Part shown: positions 29,720-44,119 of the stretch, one piece after another
Position numbering within the stretch: position 1 is the stretch's first letter
How the letters are laid out: every line of letters begins with the position of its first letter
From: the human T2T-CHM13v2.0 reference genome, Homo sapiens
Reading direction: 5' to 3' (one strand)
NCBI RefSeq assembly: GCF_009914755.1
Contig: NC_060935.1
DNA length: 64,000 bases
Notes under the pieces: generated by a model
Database searches by the model: none
Seen by the model: only the letters and a program-made list of their open reading frames with translations
What the model was told of the DNA's origin: nothing
Translations under genes and position numbers: made by a program

Positions 29720-30310
29720 CATCACTGTCCCTCAAACACTCAAAGCCCCCGCTCCCACCAGGGGTCCTGGTCCCTGCTATTCCTCCTGCCTGGGATGTGC
29801 TCCTCTGGAGAGGGGCACAGCCCATCTCACTTGGCACAGCCTCAGAGATGCCTTCCTCAACCTCCCACATCTTCTGAGGATTCTCCTCCCCTTCTCTGTT
29901 GTCCATAAGACTTACCACATATTTATAGTGGCTACTGTTTCCTCCACAACCATGTGTGCTCCCTGGGGCAGGGACTGCCTGTCTCGCTCACTACTGCACA
30001 CCCAGTGCCTGAACAGATGTCTACACTGCTCTGTGAATGCAGATAGAATATACAAGGGATGTGCCCAGTGCCATGATTTGGTTGGGGGAGAGTCTGACAT
30101 GATATGTAGAAGAGTACAGGAGGGCCTCCTGGAGGGAGTGACCTTTACTCTCACAACATGCAGAATGAGTAGGAGTTAGGCAGAAAGGTGCAGGAAGGGT
30201 GTCGAGGCAGAGGGAACAGCGTGTGCAATGGCCTGGGGTCGGGGAGTGGAGAGCAGGGTGGAGGAACTCAGAGACATGGAGTTTGGCTGGAGTGAGCAGG
30301 GGAGGGAAGG
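29720..30310. mobile_element. L2 fragments (+ then -)
   Basis: CTGCTATTCCTCCTGCCTGGGATG, GGGCAGGGACTG...CCCAGTGCCTGAACAG and AGGCAGAGGGAACAGCGTGTGCAA. Confidence 0.6.
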
Positions 30311-30939
30311 ATGGGAAGTGTCCTTCAGCAGTTAAGTGGGTGTCAGGACATTTAGTGCCTGTCAGCCAGGTGAGTTTAGGACCTACCCCATCTCTGCCTG
30401 TCTGACCTTGCAGCTCACACAGGAGCACCCTTTGGGCTTCTGGTACCCACAGCAGCCATGCTGCCAGTATGTGCCAGCTTCCCACACACCCAGGTACTCA
30501 GACCAGAATCTTTTCACATCACCCACTCTGGTACTGGGGACATATCCTTCATCCATTTTCAATAAATTCCACTCTCCCACAACCCCCCACCTCTACAACT
30601 TCTATATAGCTGGAAGGCCTCATGTAGGGATTCTAAGATGAAGCATCTCAGTTAGGAGTATTTTCTAGGTGTTTCCAAACATTAGCAGTTTAAGAACATA
30701 AATATTTGAAGAGGTCCACTATTTGCCTCATCGATGAAAGCTTGGAAGTGTATTCTTAGATCATCCCCTGAAAATCTGCAGAGTGCTGAGTGTTGACTCA
30801 TTCTTGCAGCATCCACGCACCTCAAAGGATCAATAGATGGCTGTAATAGCAAAGTCGTTGTAAATAAGAATTGTTACTTGTGGAAGATCTATTTACTGAG
30901 AATTGATAGCCACCAATCCAGCCATTTTTCCATAAGTTC

Positions 30940-31908
30940 ATTCCTCCATCCATTCATCCAACCAACCAGCCATTCATCCATTTTTCCATCTATTCATCCA
31001 CCCATCTATCCATCCATCCATCCATCTTTCCATCCATCCATCCATCCATCCATTGTTCCATCTATCTATCCATCCATTGTTGGATCTAACCATTCATTCA
31101 TCTATCAATCTGTCTATTCATGCAGACATCCACATATCCATTTGTCCATCTATTCACTCATCCATTCTTTCATCCATCCATCCATCCATTGTTCCATCTA
31201 TCTATCCATCCATTGTTGTATCTATCTATCCATTCATCCATCCAGCAATCTATCTATTCATTCACACATTCATCCATCCATTTGTCCATCTATTCATCCA
31301 TCCATCCTTTCACCCATCCATCCATCCATTGTTCCATCTATCTATCCATCCGTTATTCCATCTATCCATCCTTTCCTTCATCCATCCATCCATCCATTAT
31401 TCCATCTATCCATCCTTTCCTTCATCCATTCATCCATCCATCCACCCATTACTCCATCCATCTATCCATTCATTCATCTATCTATTTGTCCACAAATTCA
31501 TCTATCCATTTGTACATCTATTCACTCATCCATTCTTTCATCCATCCATCCATCCATTGTTCCATCTATCTATCCATCCATTGTTGTATCTATCTATCCA
31601 TTCATTCATCTGGCAATCTATTCATTCACACATTCATCCATCCCCTTTGTCTAGTCATCCATCCATCCATTGTTCCATCTATCTATCCATCCATTATTCC
31701 ATCTATCCGTCCTTTCCTTCATCCATCCATCCATCCATCCATTATTCCATCCATCCATCCATCCATTCTTTCATCTATCTATTCGTCCACACATTCATCC
31801 ATCCATTTGCCCATCTATTCATCCATCCATACATCTATTATTATTTCATCTATTCATCCACACGTCCATCCATTCATTTGCTTTTTCATCCATCCATCCT
31901 TTCATTCA
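30940..31908 (+). repeat. ~1-kb complex (TCCA/TCTA/TTCA)n array
   Basis: Visible directly; abuts the 3' end of a minus-strand L2. Confidence 0.95.
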
Positions 31909-31909
31909 C

Positions 31910-32410
31910 AGTGAGCAGGGCGGTCCCACTGGACAACAAGACCAACCATGCCCTCAGAAAGTTCACTGTGTAGTGGGGAAGGCAGACAATAGGCAACAAT
32001 ATTTCATTTATTTCCAACTGAGAGGGGCGCAATGAAGGAAAAGGGCAGGTGCTTTGAGAATTTACACCAGAGGGATCTGACCCAATGTGGGATCAGGAAA
32101 ACCTCCCTAACAAAAAACCACATTTAATCCGGGACCTGAAGGATGAGTAGAAACTTGCCGGGCAAAAACATGGAGAAAGTGTGTTAGGCAGAGAGGCCAG
32201 CAGTGCAAAAGTCCTGAGGCAGGAAGTGCCTGGCATGTTCAAGCAACTGAAATGAGGTCAGTGTAGCCACAGCAGTGGCCAAGGCTAGAGAGGCCAACAG
32301 GGGCCAGATCATACTGGCCTTCAAGATCACGTTGCAAATTTGGACTTGATCTTAAGAGAAGACAAGAAGCTAGGGGAAGATTGCAAACAGCAGGGCCACA
32401 CCAGGCTTGC
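31910..32410 (-). mobile_element. L2 fragment
   Basis: TGCCCTCAGAAAGTTCACTGTGTAGTGGGGAAGGCAGACAAT, ACCTGAAGGATGAGTAG, TGCAAAAGTCCTGAGGCAGGAA and GGGCCAGATCA. Confidence 0.75.
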
Positions 32411-32479
32411 CTTTTTTTTAAAAAAGGAGGTTTTGATTGAATCTATCATACATAGAGAAAAGCACACATGTCCCAGGCA

Positions 32480-33220
<741 letters not shown>

Positions 33221-33224
33221 GGAG

Positions 33225-33840
33225 CTCAGCGTATTTTCACAATGTGAACTCACTCATGTGACTAGCACTAAGATAAAGGAAAAGATTGCAACCCCCCCAC
33301 CCCCCCACCAAGGACAACGTGCAGGAGCTCTTCAGGGCACCCCACTCCCCGCCCCTGAGCCGCTCCTTTGCCTCCAACACCATAGAGCAGTTTTGCCTGG
33401 TTTTGATGTCAACATCAATGCCGTTGCAGAGCTTATCCTTGTGTGCCCGACTCCTTTCCCGCAAGCCCTCTGCTCCCGAGATTCCTCCGTGCTGCTCTGT
33501 GCAGTTCTAGTTCACTCACCGTCACTGCCGAGTCCTCTTGCACTTGGGAGTCCACCACACGTGGCCTGCCCAGGCTGCTGCTGCTGGTCTGTGGGTGTTT
33601 GGGGTGACTGGGAGCAGTGCTGCTCTATCTGGTGGTCTTGTGAAGGTCTCTTGGGGAACGTCTGGGAACACTCCTGTTGAGAGTATGCTGGGAGCAGGAT
33701 TGCTGGGTTGTGGGTTCATACAGTTTCGGCTCTAAGAAATGATACCTCGCCGTTTTCCAAAGCAGCGGTTCCAGCTGATGCTCCCACAGCCCTGCAAGGG
33801 AGTTCCGGATGCTCTGCATCCTCAGTACTTGTTTGTCCTT
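33225..33840 (-). mobile_element. Old L1ME-like fragment
   Basis: TTTTCACAATGTGAAC, ACCATAGAGCAGTTTTGCCTGGTTTTGA, GGATTGCTGGGT and GTTTTCCAAAG. Confidence 0.55.
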
Positions 33841-35036
33841 TTTTATTTTTGTTTTTGTTTTTTTTTTTTCTTTTTTTTTTTTTTAGAGGCTGGGTCTTGC
33901 TGTCGCTCAGGTTGGAATGCAGTGGCACAATCTTGCCTTTATAAAAGATCGCTTTGGCTATGGCATGGAGAGTGGGCAACAGGAGTGGGAAGGCCAGACT
34001 GAGGGTGCTTCAGGGAATCCAGGGGAGAGAAGAGGTGGCCAGGTCTAGGGTGGAGGCCGGGGGGATGGAGACACGTGGACCAATAGCAATTCTCAATAAT
34101 TGTGCCCAGGGCTCGGCAGGCCACTGTCCCTTTTGGCTCGTAAGTTTTTGTGCTAGTGTCCATCTCTTTGGTCTTTTTATCGTTCCATTCATGGAGCCAT
34201 TTTGGGCGTTTTCATGGTTGTGATTGTCTGCTGAAAAACCTGAAAATCCCCAAGCCACAGAGAAAGGCAGGTTAAATACCAGAGAGTTAATTTCTCAGGA
34301 AATGTTTTCCCTCCTCTTTGGGCCCAGTGACTAGATATTTATGTATTGATGACCTACTCTGTGCAGGGCAATTTTTTTTTAAACAATCCAGGTGCTCCCT
34401 GCCCTCAGGGGGATATGATCCAGAAGGCACCGGGATATGGCCCAGCGCAGGTTCAGCCTCATCGCAAGAAGTGTCACCCGGCGTGCTCACTCACTGACCC
34501 GGAGGCAGCCCAGCCCTGGGCGGGTGGGGCAGAGGAGACCCTGTTCTTGATGTGTCTGAGGGTGGTGGGACTGCACTTTCCTTTGGCCCTGCCTTGGAGC
34601 TCACTCTGATACGGGCTCCTGCTGGTGTCACCACTTCCACGTGGCTCACTGGGCCATCTGGAGAGCTACTTTTGCCCAAGCTGTCTTCTCACCTCTGTCT
34701 AGGGCACTGTGCCGAGTGGTCGGAGATCACCTCCTCGGCTCCTGGCTCATCACTGGGAAAGATGGGAGCACCCAGGGACTGCAGCAGCTGTGGTCCCCAG
34801 GTCCTCGGATACGTCATCCTGCAGCCCCACAAGGGACCCAGAAGGGCCTGGGAGAGGGTGCTGGGCAGGGTCCACGCGACTCCACAAGGAGAGATGCTGA
34901 GACATGTCCACAGCCACACAGCCGTGAGCAATGCACTCCATTCCCGGACACACTATCCTGCCTCCCTGCCATCTGCGCTGGTAGACCTTACAGCAACAGG
35001 GGTGCAGACGATGAACTGCTTGGCTTCCTTGGGATT

Positions 35037-35352
35037 TCTTTTCCTTTCTTTCTTTTTTTTTTTCTTTTTTTTTGAAACGGAGTCTCACTCTGTTGCCCAG
35101 GCTGGAGTGCAGTGGTGCAATCTCGGTTCACCGCAACCTCTGCCTCCTTGGTTCAATGAATTCTCCTGCTTCGGCCTCCTAAGTAGCTGGGACTACAGGT
35201 GCACGCCACCACGCCCAGCTAATTTTTGTATTTTTAGTAGAGACAGGGTTTCACTATGTTGGCCAGGCTGGTCTCAAACTGCTGACCTCATGGTCCACCC
35301 ACCTCAGCCTCCCAGAGTGCTGGGATTACAGGCATAAGCCACCGTGCCAGGC
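35037..35352 (-). mobile_element. Full-length AluS
   Basis: Poly-T plus reverse Alu consensus. Confidence 0.95.
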
Positions 35353-36451
35353 CTGACGTCCTTGCAATTTCTATGTGCATTTTGGCAAAAGTAATGGAAT
35401 TTGAGAATGCGTGATGGGAGTGAAAACCAGCAATCGGATATGGTGGCGGCTTACCTATGCTGTTGAACCTGGATCTGGAAGTGAAGAGAAGATGAGGTGG
35501 TCCAAGCACCATTCCTCAGCCCCTCTGGGGTCATGTGATTGTGGTCACAGGACAGTGGCCAGCCTGGGATGCTGCGGATGGGGAATTCCACAGAGAGAGC
35601 TAAAACTAGGACGCTGTAGGGGCTCCGCTCTGCCACCGTCAGGCTTGGGAGCTCCTGGGAGCGCGGGGCATGCATTTCAGTGGCAGCCTCATTTGTCTTC
35701 CTGCACAATCCCGCCAGGGACCTCAGGGTCTGCAAAAGAGTTGCAGAGGGTCACGGCTCAAGCCAGGCCCCAAAGTAGGGCTGTGGGGCTCACCCTTAAT
35801 CTGGCTGCACTCTAGACATTGTGGGCAAAGGAGATAGGGAATCTGCTATCGATACAGGGCTTCTACCAAGATCTGTGACTAAACCAGGCCATTTCCCAGC
35901 TGCTTGTCTCACACTGCAGCCCTCTGTCCCTCAGACATCCTGCCCCTGCTTAACTCTTCTACCAAGTGTCACTGTGCTTCGTACTAGAGATTCTACTTAG
36001 TTTACTTTCTTTCTTTTCCCGGTCTTTCTTCCCCTCTAGAATCCAGGCTGCCGGGGGCAAGGATTCCTGTCTGCAGGGCTCACTGCCCACTTCCTTAGAA
36101 AGATGCCTGGCACAGAGCAGGGCTCAGCCAAATACTTGTTTGATGAATGAACAAAATCCCACGCGGGCCAAGGTGTGTCTTCTCTCCCCATCCGGAGGAG
36201 GATGAGGCTTAGCGGTCCGAACAAAGGCCAGACGCCCTAATAATGCTTTTCTTGTGAACTTACAGTTTTTGTGGTTTCTTTTTCCCCTACCCCAACGGAA
36301 CTGCAAAAAGTCTACACAATGAATCATAAAGGAAACTCTTTGGGGATCAAATGAAATTCTTTTTCAGCCCAGAGCGTGTTTCCCATTTTGATTTTCATTT
36401 TTATTTTTTTCACTTAAGGCCAGGAGTTCAAGACCAGCCTGGGCAACAGTT

Positions 36452-36848
36452 TTCTTCCTTCCTTCCTTCCTTCATTCCTTCCTTCCTTCCTTCCCTCCTT
36501 CCCTCCCTCCCTTCCTCCTTTACTTCCCTCCCTCCCTCCCTCCTTCCTTCCTTTCTTTCTTTCTTTTTTGTCTTACTCTGTCACCCAGGCTGGAGTACAG
36601 TGGCATGGTCATGTCTCACTGCAGCCTTGACTCCCAAGCTCAAGGGAGCCTCCCACCTCAGCCTTCCGAGTAGCTGGGATTACGGGTGTGCACCACCACA
36701 CCCAGCTAATTTTTAAATTATTTTTGTGTGGAGACAGGGTCTCACTATATTGTCCAGGCTGGTCTTGAACTCCCTGGGCTCAAGCAATCCTCCCACCTCA
36801 GCCACCCAAAGCTCTGGAATTACAGGCATGAGCCACAGTACCTGGCCT
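36452..36848 (-). mobile_element. AluJ with a (TTCC)n expanded tail, preceded by a ~35-bp + strand Alu fragment
   Basis: CTCACTGCAGCCTTGACTCC and GGGCTCAAGCAATCCTCCCACCTCAGCC (AluJ diagnostics); CAGGAGTTCAAGACCAGCCTGGGCAACA at ~36421. Confidence 0.9.
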
Positions 36849-37029
36849 ATTTTCCCATTTTTAATGAAGCCTTTTACACAAACAAACCCATATGCCTATC
36901 CTCAGTGGCTCATGGGCAGGTTCTAGCTACCCCCTGCCTGCAACTCCAGCCCCCTTTCCCTGATGGTCTCTGAGAGTTTTCCTCAATCCCCTCCAAGAAA
37001 GATCAGCTTCCCCAACCATCCATCCCATC

Positions 37030-37482
<453 letters not shown>

Positions 37483-38269
37483 GCTCTCAAGCCGTGAGTG
37501 GAGGTGACATGGCTCGCTTCTGAGCTGGAGCAGTTCTCCGCTGCTTCTAGACTCCACTGCACTCTCTGTGCCTGACAGTGTTTGGGACCGTAGCTGCACC
37601 ACCTGCCCAGACCCTTCCAGACTACACTGAGCAGAACCCCCTCCCAACCTGGCTTGGACATTGGAAGCACAAGCAGAAAATAAAGTGTTTTTGGAAGTTC
37701 TGAGGACCAGGGCATGACTGTTGCTGCAGCAGGATGTAGCCCATCGGACAGATACTCCAAGGCAACGGAAAGACTGAAGAACAAACCTGGGCCTCAGGCT
37801 GAAGCCCATCCCCTGAGTCTGTGCCAGCAAGAGACCACACATTCATTATGCATCTGTTCATCTGGTGGGAATATTTACTGAGGACCTGCTAAGTGCTGGG
37901 CATGGAGCTCAGTACCGGGGACATGGCCAAAAATAGGCAGCCTCAGTCTCAGCTGCAGAGGAGCTTCCTCCCAGCCGTTCACACACAGTTAGAGTCCATG
38001 GAAGGGAGAAAATCCTGCGGCAATAAGTACGCAAAGTCCATGGCATTGTGCAGCCATGTGGCGGAGGGGGGCCTGTCCTCACCTGGGTGCCAGGGAGGGC
38101 TTCTTGGAGGAGGTGCCCCATTCATTCATTTATTCATTCGTTCAACAAATGTTGAGAGCCTGTTCTGAGCCAGACCTAAGCAGGCCTCTGTGGAAGGGGT
38201 TTAGCAGTGATCAAAATAGTGTGCTGTTCTCCTGCACCTTGGGATGCAGGGGAGGGAAAGAAGAACCCC

Positions 38270-38390
38270 CCCACACACACACACACACACATTCACTCCC
38301 CCGTCTATGGACTCACAACCCACGCTACACACATGCCATGCACATGCACACACACGCACGCACACACACATGCACACACGCATGCAAACA
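38270..38390 (+). repeat. (CA)n-rich simple repeats
   Basis: Visible directly in the sequence. Confidence 0.85.
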
Positions 38391-38526
38391 TAAAATGTGA
38401 GGAGGAAAGGGATGTTCTAAAGGGAAAGAAAGCAAGGAAACCGTTACATTAAGGAACAGGACTCGAGAGGGTGCCGCAGGAAATGGTCCAGGTTTTCCCC
38501 CAGTGCCCCTTCAGACCTGCCCTCTG

Positions 38527-38741
38527 GGTGTGCAGGAGCCGGCTCACCCAATTCACACGGGCTCACCAGGACTCAGCTCACCCGAGCCAATTGTATCTTC
38601 CCAAGTATGCATTCAGTGACATCACCCTGGGAGCTTAAAATGGGCCATGATGGGAAGGTTTACACCTCCGCAATTGGCAAACACTCTAAGTCAGCTTTCA
38701 TGTGTTTTCTTTCCAAGGGCCAGTTTACCCACCCACCACTG
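38527..38741 (+). mobile_element. MER63-like hAT-Blackjack MITE
   Basis: GGTGTGCAGGAGCCGGCTC start; TTCAGTGACATCAC...AGCTTAAAATGGGCCATGATGGGA...TTTACACC...AATTGGCAAACAC; ends TTTACC...CACCACTG. Confidence 0.7.
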
Positions 38742-39949
38742 TCTGGGGCTGGCTCTTCTCAGCCCCTTGGGTAATTCTAGGGCAGGCCTCATGACTTCCT
38801 GGTCGTCTCATAATGAAAGCTTTCCCAGCCACTTTTAATCACAAAAACATGGTCTCATGTGGATCACTGAAATGTCCAGTCCCACGCACGTCTTCACTGA
38901 AAACCGTCATCTTCCTGGCTTCACCGGCCCAGCCAGCCCCAGGCTGAGGCCTCGGAGTGGGAAGGGGGCCGAGGGCCCCTGGCTCTGGGTCTCTCTGCTT
39001 CTGCTTCTCTTCCCTCTCCCCTCCCCAATCTCTAGGCTTCCCCCGGACCCTCCAAGGTTGGGGAGAGGCCAGCAGGGCAGGGAGGTCAGGCTTGGTGGGC
39101 GGGCGCTAGGTGATCTGGTGGGCTTCTATCCCCCCAGCTGGGGCAGATGTTTAAAGCTGACTCATTTGAGGGTACTCTTGTGGATTGTTTAGTCCATGGG
39201 GTAATGAAAACATCCAAATTGGACCCCATGAGCACATGTGTCTGATAGCGAAAGCTTGGGACCCCTCACTCCTGCCAGTTCCTGCCCAACAGCCCACTTC
39301 CTATCCACAGGAAATCCCCCACACCCTTCTTCCATCCTCACCACCCACCCTCATCATCTCTGCTGGTGGTGGGGTCAGTTCTCACTCAGGACAGCCGCAC
39401 TCCACTGCACAGGACACTTATGCCACCCTCTTGCCAGATGCCTTTGAAGAAAGAGTCAGACTGGTCCACCCTCCCCCAGCCCCTGGGGCTCCTTGAGCCT
39501 CTCTCCAGCCTTGGCAGGAGGAGGAAAAGCAGCACCTCCCTCAGACAGCTGGAAAGGCCCTCTTCCTTCCCAGCTCAGTGGGTCCGGCCAAGGGTCACCA
39601 GACGGGTATTTGTCCCCACCTCCCTACCAACCCCAAGAACACACTCCACACCCCTCTTCGCTGCTGCGGTGTGAAGCTTCAGCCTAACCCAATCCCACAG
39701 AGTCCATCTCGACAGCCTGGGATGACATGGGTTCCCCAGAGGGGGACAGAGTGCTGGGTGTGGGTGCCAGTTTAGACCCAGGGGGCAGACTTAGAGGAAG
39801 CCTCCCAGAGGTGTCTCAGCAGAGAACTAAACCCAGAAACAAGCCCGAAACGCATTCCCATTCTCCAAGCATCAAAAGGCTGGACTATTCAAAACAAACA
39901 AAGAGCTAACCTTTTTAGAAAAACAGGCCCAGTGACCATTCAGCCTCTC

Positions 39950-40175
39950 ATTCGTAGTCATCGTTCGCGGTCGTAACTGCTACTTACCGAGAGGTGCTTC
40001 GCTGCGGGCGTCGGGCTGGGTGCGTCCTTTACAGACAGGCCATAAGTGAGCACGTGGACTCGCTGTGGGAATTCATATTTCTTCTGCAAGGAAGAATGAC
40101 TCATATCCAAACTCACTCAGCTGCCAAGGGGGAGGAGGGATTCGAACCCCCATCTTCTACGCTCCCAAACGCATG
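39950..40175 (-). mobile_element. CpG-rich MIR remnant
   Basis: CTGCTACTTACCGAG...TGC...CTGGGTGC...CTTTACA and the B-box-derived GGGATTCGAACCC. Confidence 0.55.
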
Positions 40176-41344
40176 CCCATAATCCTCCTGTCCCCATGGA
40201 ATTATCTAGTGGAGAAAAAATATTGATCAGCAAAAAGAGAAAGAAAAATGATAGAACTTCCTAATATGCCAAACATTGTCATCCCGCTTAAGACTAAAGC
40301 TCTGTTTCATCCTAAACTCCAAATGCCAACGTGCTCACTGACTTGACGAACGTTGGTTAGGCCTCGTGCATGCGAGGGAGCGTGGTGGTTGCAGGGGGCT
40401 GTCGTGACCTATACTTTTCACTCCCACCCCTTCTTTTTCTTTGTAAAGCTATATACCAACTTCAGTTTTTAGAATAAGGAGAGTGCTTTTTGTTGTTGTT
40501 GTTTCTTTTTTTTTTTTAGCTCTATCAGAAGAAATTAAACAGAAACAGAATGGAAAATAAAGTGTATTTTTAAATAAACTGAGGACGTGGTTCCCATTGT
40601 CCCCCGGAACCTGGTCCATTTAAAGCGGCCTCATTATTTTTAATGCATCCACTTCCTGGTCCCTCTCTTCCTCGGTTTTTCCCATGTCGATCGTCTGAGA
40701 AATTCCAGCGGTGACATTTGTTAAACATCAGCCCAAGGCTGGGCAAGGCCTCGGGAGCCAGGCTCTTGCCCAGGAAGGCTCCAGAGACTGAAGCCAGAGC
40801 CCTGTAAACTCATCCCTCTGTGTCCACTGCCCTGCCAGGAGCCCCTTCACATCCCACTGCCTGTGACATTCACAGGCAGGAGCGTGCGAACTGAATCCCA
40901 AAGAGTGCGCAGAGTATTTTAAAACTGAGCTGCTGTCACACAAGAACTTGTTCCCCCAAAGACCAGAATGTCCAAAAAAAGGAGCAGACGAAACCAAGCA
41001 TAAGGTGTGCTGCTGTGTGCTCAGATCAGACCCAAACTGAGAGAGTCCTGCTTCTCCCTGGGGTTGGGCCCCTTCCCTCCTTGCTCCACTTCCTGCCGCT
41101 TTGACATCTCACGTTGGGCAGAAATCCCAGAGGAAAAAATGCTTTCCGAGACAGGCCCATGGAAGGCCCAACTCACCCTCTGGGACTTATTCAACTTGGA
41201 TTCATCTGTCTGCTTTTGCCTCTATTTTAACCAAAAGACCCCATGAAGGTAGGGTCTTGGTATGGCCTCTTCACGACTCTGGACCTCAGCACACATCAAG
41301 GTTCTGGCACACAGTAGGTGCTCAATAAGGACTTACTGAATGGA

Positions 41345-41646
41345 AGCCGGGTGTGGTGGCTCACGCCTGTCATCCCAGCACTTTGGGAGGCCGAGGCAAG
41401 TGGATCACGTGAGGTCAGGAGTTCAAGACCAACCTGGCCAACATGGTGAAACCCCGTCTCTACCAAAAATACAAAAATTAGCCGGACGTGGTGGCAGGTG
41501 CCTCTAGTCCCAGCTACTTGGGAGGCTGAGGCAGATGAATTGCTCAAGCCTGGGAGACGGGAGATGGAGGTTGCAGTGAGCCGAGATCATGCCACTGTAC
41601 TCCAGCCTTGGCAACAGAGTGAGACTCCATCTCAAAAAAAAAAAAG
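41345..41646 (+). mobile_element. AluS
   Basis: Alu consensus; TSD-like GAATGGAAG / GAATGCAAG. Confidence 0.95.
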
Positions 41647-41734
41647 AATGCAAGAGTGAAGCCACTGATGGCCCCATAGAGCCAGCCTCACCTAGCTTGC
41701 TTTCCCCCAAATTTGAGTGTGTTCACTTAGTGGG

Positions 41735-42230
41735 TGTGGCAAGCAGAATCACGACCCCCAAAGATGTCTGTGTCCTGATCCCCAGAACCCGTGAATCTCT
41801 TTTATTACACTTCAAGGAGGAGTTAAGGCTGTAGATGGAATCAAGGCTGCTAATCAGCTGACCTTGAGGCAGGGAGATAGCCCCAGACTATCTGGTGGGC
41901 CCAACATCATCACAGGGAGCTTATAAGTAAGAGGAGGCAGGGGAAGCAGAGTCGGGGAAGACATGAGGACAGAAACAGAGGTCAGAGGGATGCACTGCCA
42001 GCTTGAGATGGAGGCAGGGGCCACAAGGCAAGGACTGCAGGTGGCCTCTAGAAGCTGGAGAAGGCAAGGAAACAAGCTCTCCCTGGAACCTCCAGAAGGA
42101 ACAGCCCTGCTGACACCTTAGCTTTAGCCCAGTGAGATCCATGCCGGACTTCTGGAATTTAAGATAATAATCATGTGCTGTTTTAAGCCACTAAGCTTTG
42201 TTGATCTCCCGCTGCACAGTGGGAAACTCG
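41735..42230 (+). mobile_element. MLT1D-like MaLR LTR
   Basis: TGTGGCAAGCAGAAT...CCCCCAAAGATGTC...; AAGGCTGCTAATCAGCTGACCTT; GCCTCTAGAAGCTGGAGAAGGCAAGGAAACA; GCTGTTTTAAGCCACTAAG. Confidence 0.85.
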
Positions 42231-42984
42231 TGCGCTGGGAGATGAGGGGAAATGCATGCCATGGCTCTGAGGCTTAATCATTGTTGGACCGGCATGTGTT
42301 AGTGCCTGCACCTTTCCGCATTGACTCCATTTAGCAGGAGCATGGCCATGTATAAGTCAGACTCAGTCTCTGCCCTCCAGAGCTCGCCATTTGGGAGATC
42401 CCAGGCTAAACCATGTCTAGTGGATTTGTTCATGGCACGTCTTGTCAGAGGCTTCTTAGATGCCAACACAATGAATGTCCAACAGTGCAGAATATAGCCT
42501 TCCCCAAATGTAGATGACCATGGAGCATTTTGGGTGGGAGTAGGGGCACTTTCTTTACTTCTAGGGGTGAGATTCGGCCCAGTACTGAGATGGTCTAGTC
42601 GCTGCCAACATCAGGGCTTAGGGAAGTTGGCTTTTGTTCTGTCCTGGTTTAGGAGTTGTAGCCTCATGCTCACACTGCAAGGCTGCCCATTGGGGAAGAT
42701 CTGTTTCTTTTAAGAAATGCCAAATATTTAAACCATCAGTAGATGGTTAAACAATAAAGGCCATGTTAATGTACCTTTCCTTCCCAGCATCTGCATAGGA
42801 GTGTGTGTCTTTATCCCAGCCATGTGTGGGCCAAGAATCAAAGAAAGAAAAGAGTGGTGAGAAGAGGATGGGGAAGAAGACTGGCCTGTAGTTGCTCTGT
42901 GCTTTACATTTCAGGGATTTCAAGTTTACCAAAGTCTTGTCGAGAAAATGCAGGTGGTTCACTGCAACCTACCAATACTATCCA

Positions 42985-43420
42985 GGATTGCTTGGGTTGT
43001 AAAAGACAGAAAACCCAAGACCAGCTTCAGACATAGCTGAATCCGGGGGTCTAATGTTTCCAAATCTCCATCTCTCTCCTCCTCTTGGCTCTGCTGTTCT
43101 TTGGGTTGGGTCCACCCTCAGGACTACTCTCTTAGTGTCCAGATGGCAGGCACAGCTCCTGGCTTTCACCTTGGGCAGCCCCAGTGGACAGAGAGCTTGC
43201 CCCTGGGCACTCCAGCAGGGAGCCCAAGGCTATCTCTGACGGTCCTGCCTGAGGTCTTTGACCCTCCCTAAATGAGTCGCAATGGCCTGGGGGATGCTTA
43301 GCTGTGTGTACCCACTAGCAGATCCCTGAGACCATCTGGAGCGGGGGGACACATAGCCCATAAACCACATGGGCTGAAAGGGGGCAGTGGTGTTTCCTTA
43401 AGGAAAACCAGGACAAGAAC
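42985..43420. mobile_element. Old MLT1 (J/K-like) LTR fragment
   Basis: TCCAGGATT...GGTTGTAAAAGACAGAAAACCCAA, CTTGGCTCTGCT...TGGGTTGG and GGTGTTTCCTTAAGGAAAA. Confidence 0.5.
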
Positions 43421-44119
43421 GGCACAAGGGAGGGAGTGAGTGCCGGGCAGAAGACATTCGCCCGCTAGACCTGCTTCCCCTGCAGAGAATAGCTCTTCTC
43501 AACGGAGCTTCAGACAGTGGCCCAAAGAGTGGTCCCAGCTAAGGTTTCTTATGCCAGTGATGGGCTTGGCACTGTGCCAAGGGCTCCCTGGGCACCGTCT
43601 GCTTTCATCCTTGCAATACCCCTGGGAAGCTGGAGTTTGTGGCCCTCTCCCCAGTTCACAGATGGGGAAACTCGGGCTCAGAGACCTTGATTTTGACTCG
43701 GGCTCCCAAGTTCTTCGCCACCACCACCACTCTCAGCAGCTTGCAGAGCTGCCTCTGTCTGGATGGTCACCAGGCACAAAGCCCCGCTGACAGCCTGGAC
43801 AGACATAGGCGGATCCCACCGCCCGAGCTGCCTCCCCTGAAAGGAGGACCTGGGCCTAGCAGGGGGGCACATAGATAGACTTGTCTGCTTCTCCTATTGA
43901 CTATGAGCTTGTGAGACAGGGACCACACAGGCACACTCCAAGGGCAGCAGGGAAGCTCTGTTGAGCCAGGGAGTTGTGGGGTGGGACAGACAGCTGCAAG
44001 GACTTGGTGCTGAAATGCTGGGCTCCAGTGACATCTGAGCATCTGAGGGTCTCAGTTGGAGGAAAAAAGATGGACAAGAAAATGAAAATAAAAGCCTTCC
44101 ATGGCTGTTCAGGAAACCA

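Noticed and set aside
30878-32035. 258-306 aa IHPS-rich ORFs in all three + frames
   Set aside because: Translation of a (TCCA)n microsatellite
40130-40155. GGGATTCGAACCC as a possible tRNA gene
   Set aside because: It is the B-box remnant of a tRNA-derived MIR; no cloverleaf or acceptor stem
40488-40580. Poly-T plus TAG acceptor followed by AATAAA, as a terminal exon
   Set aside because: Plausible motifs, but common by chance in T-rich tracts and with no linked exon evidence
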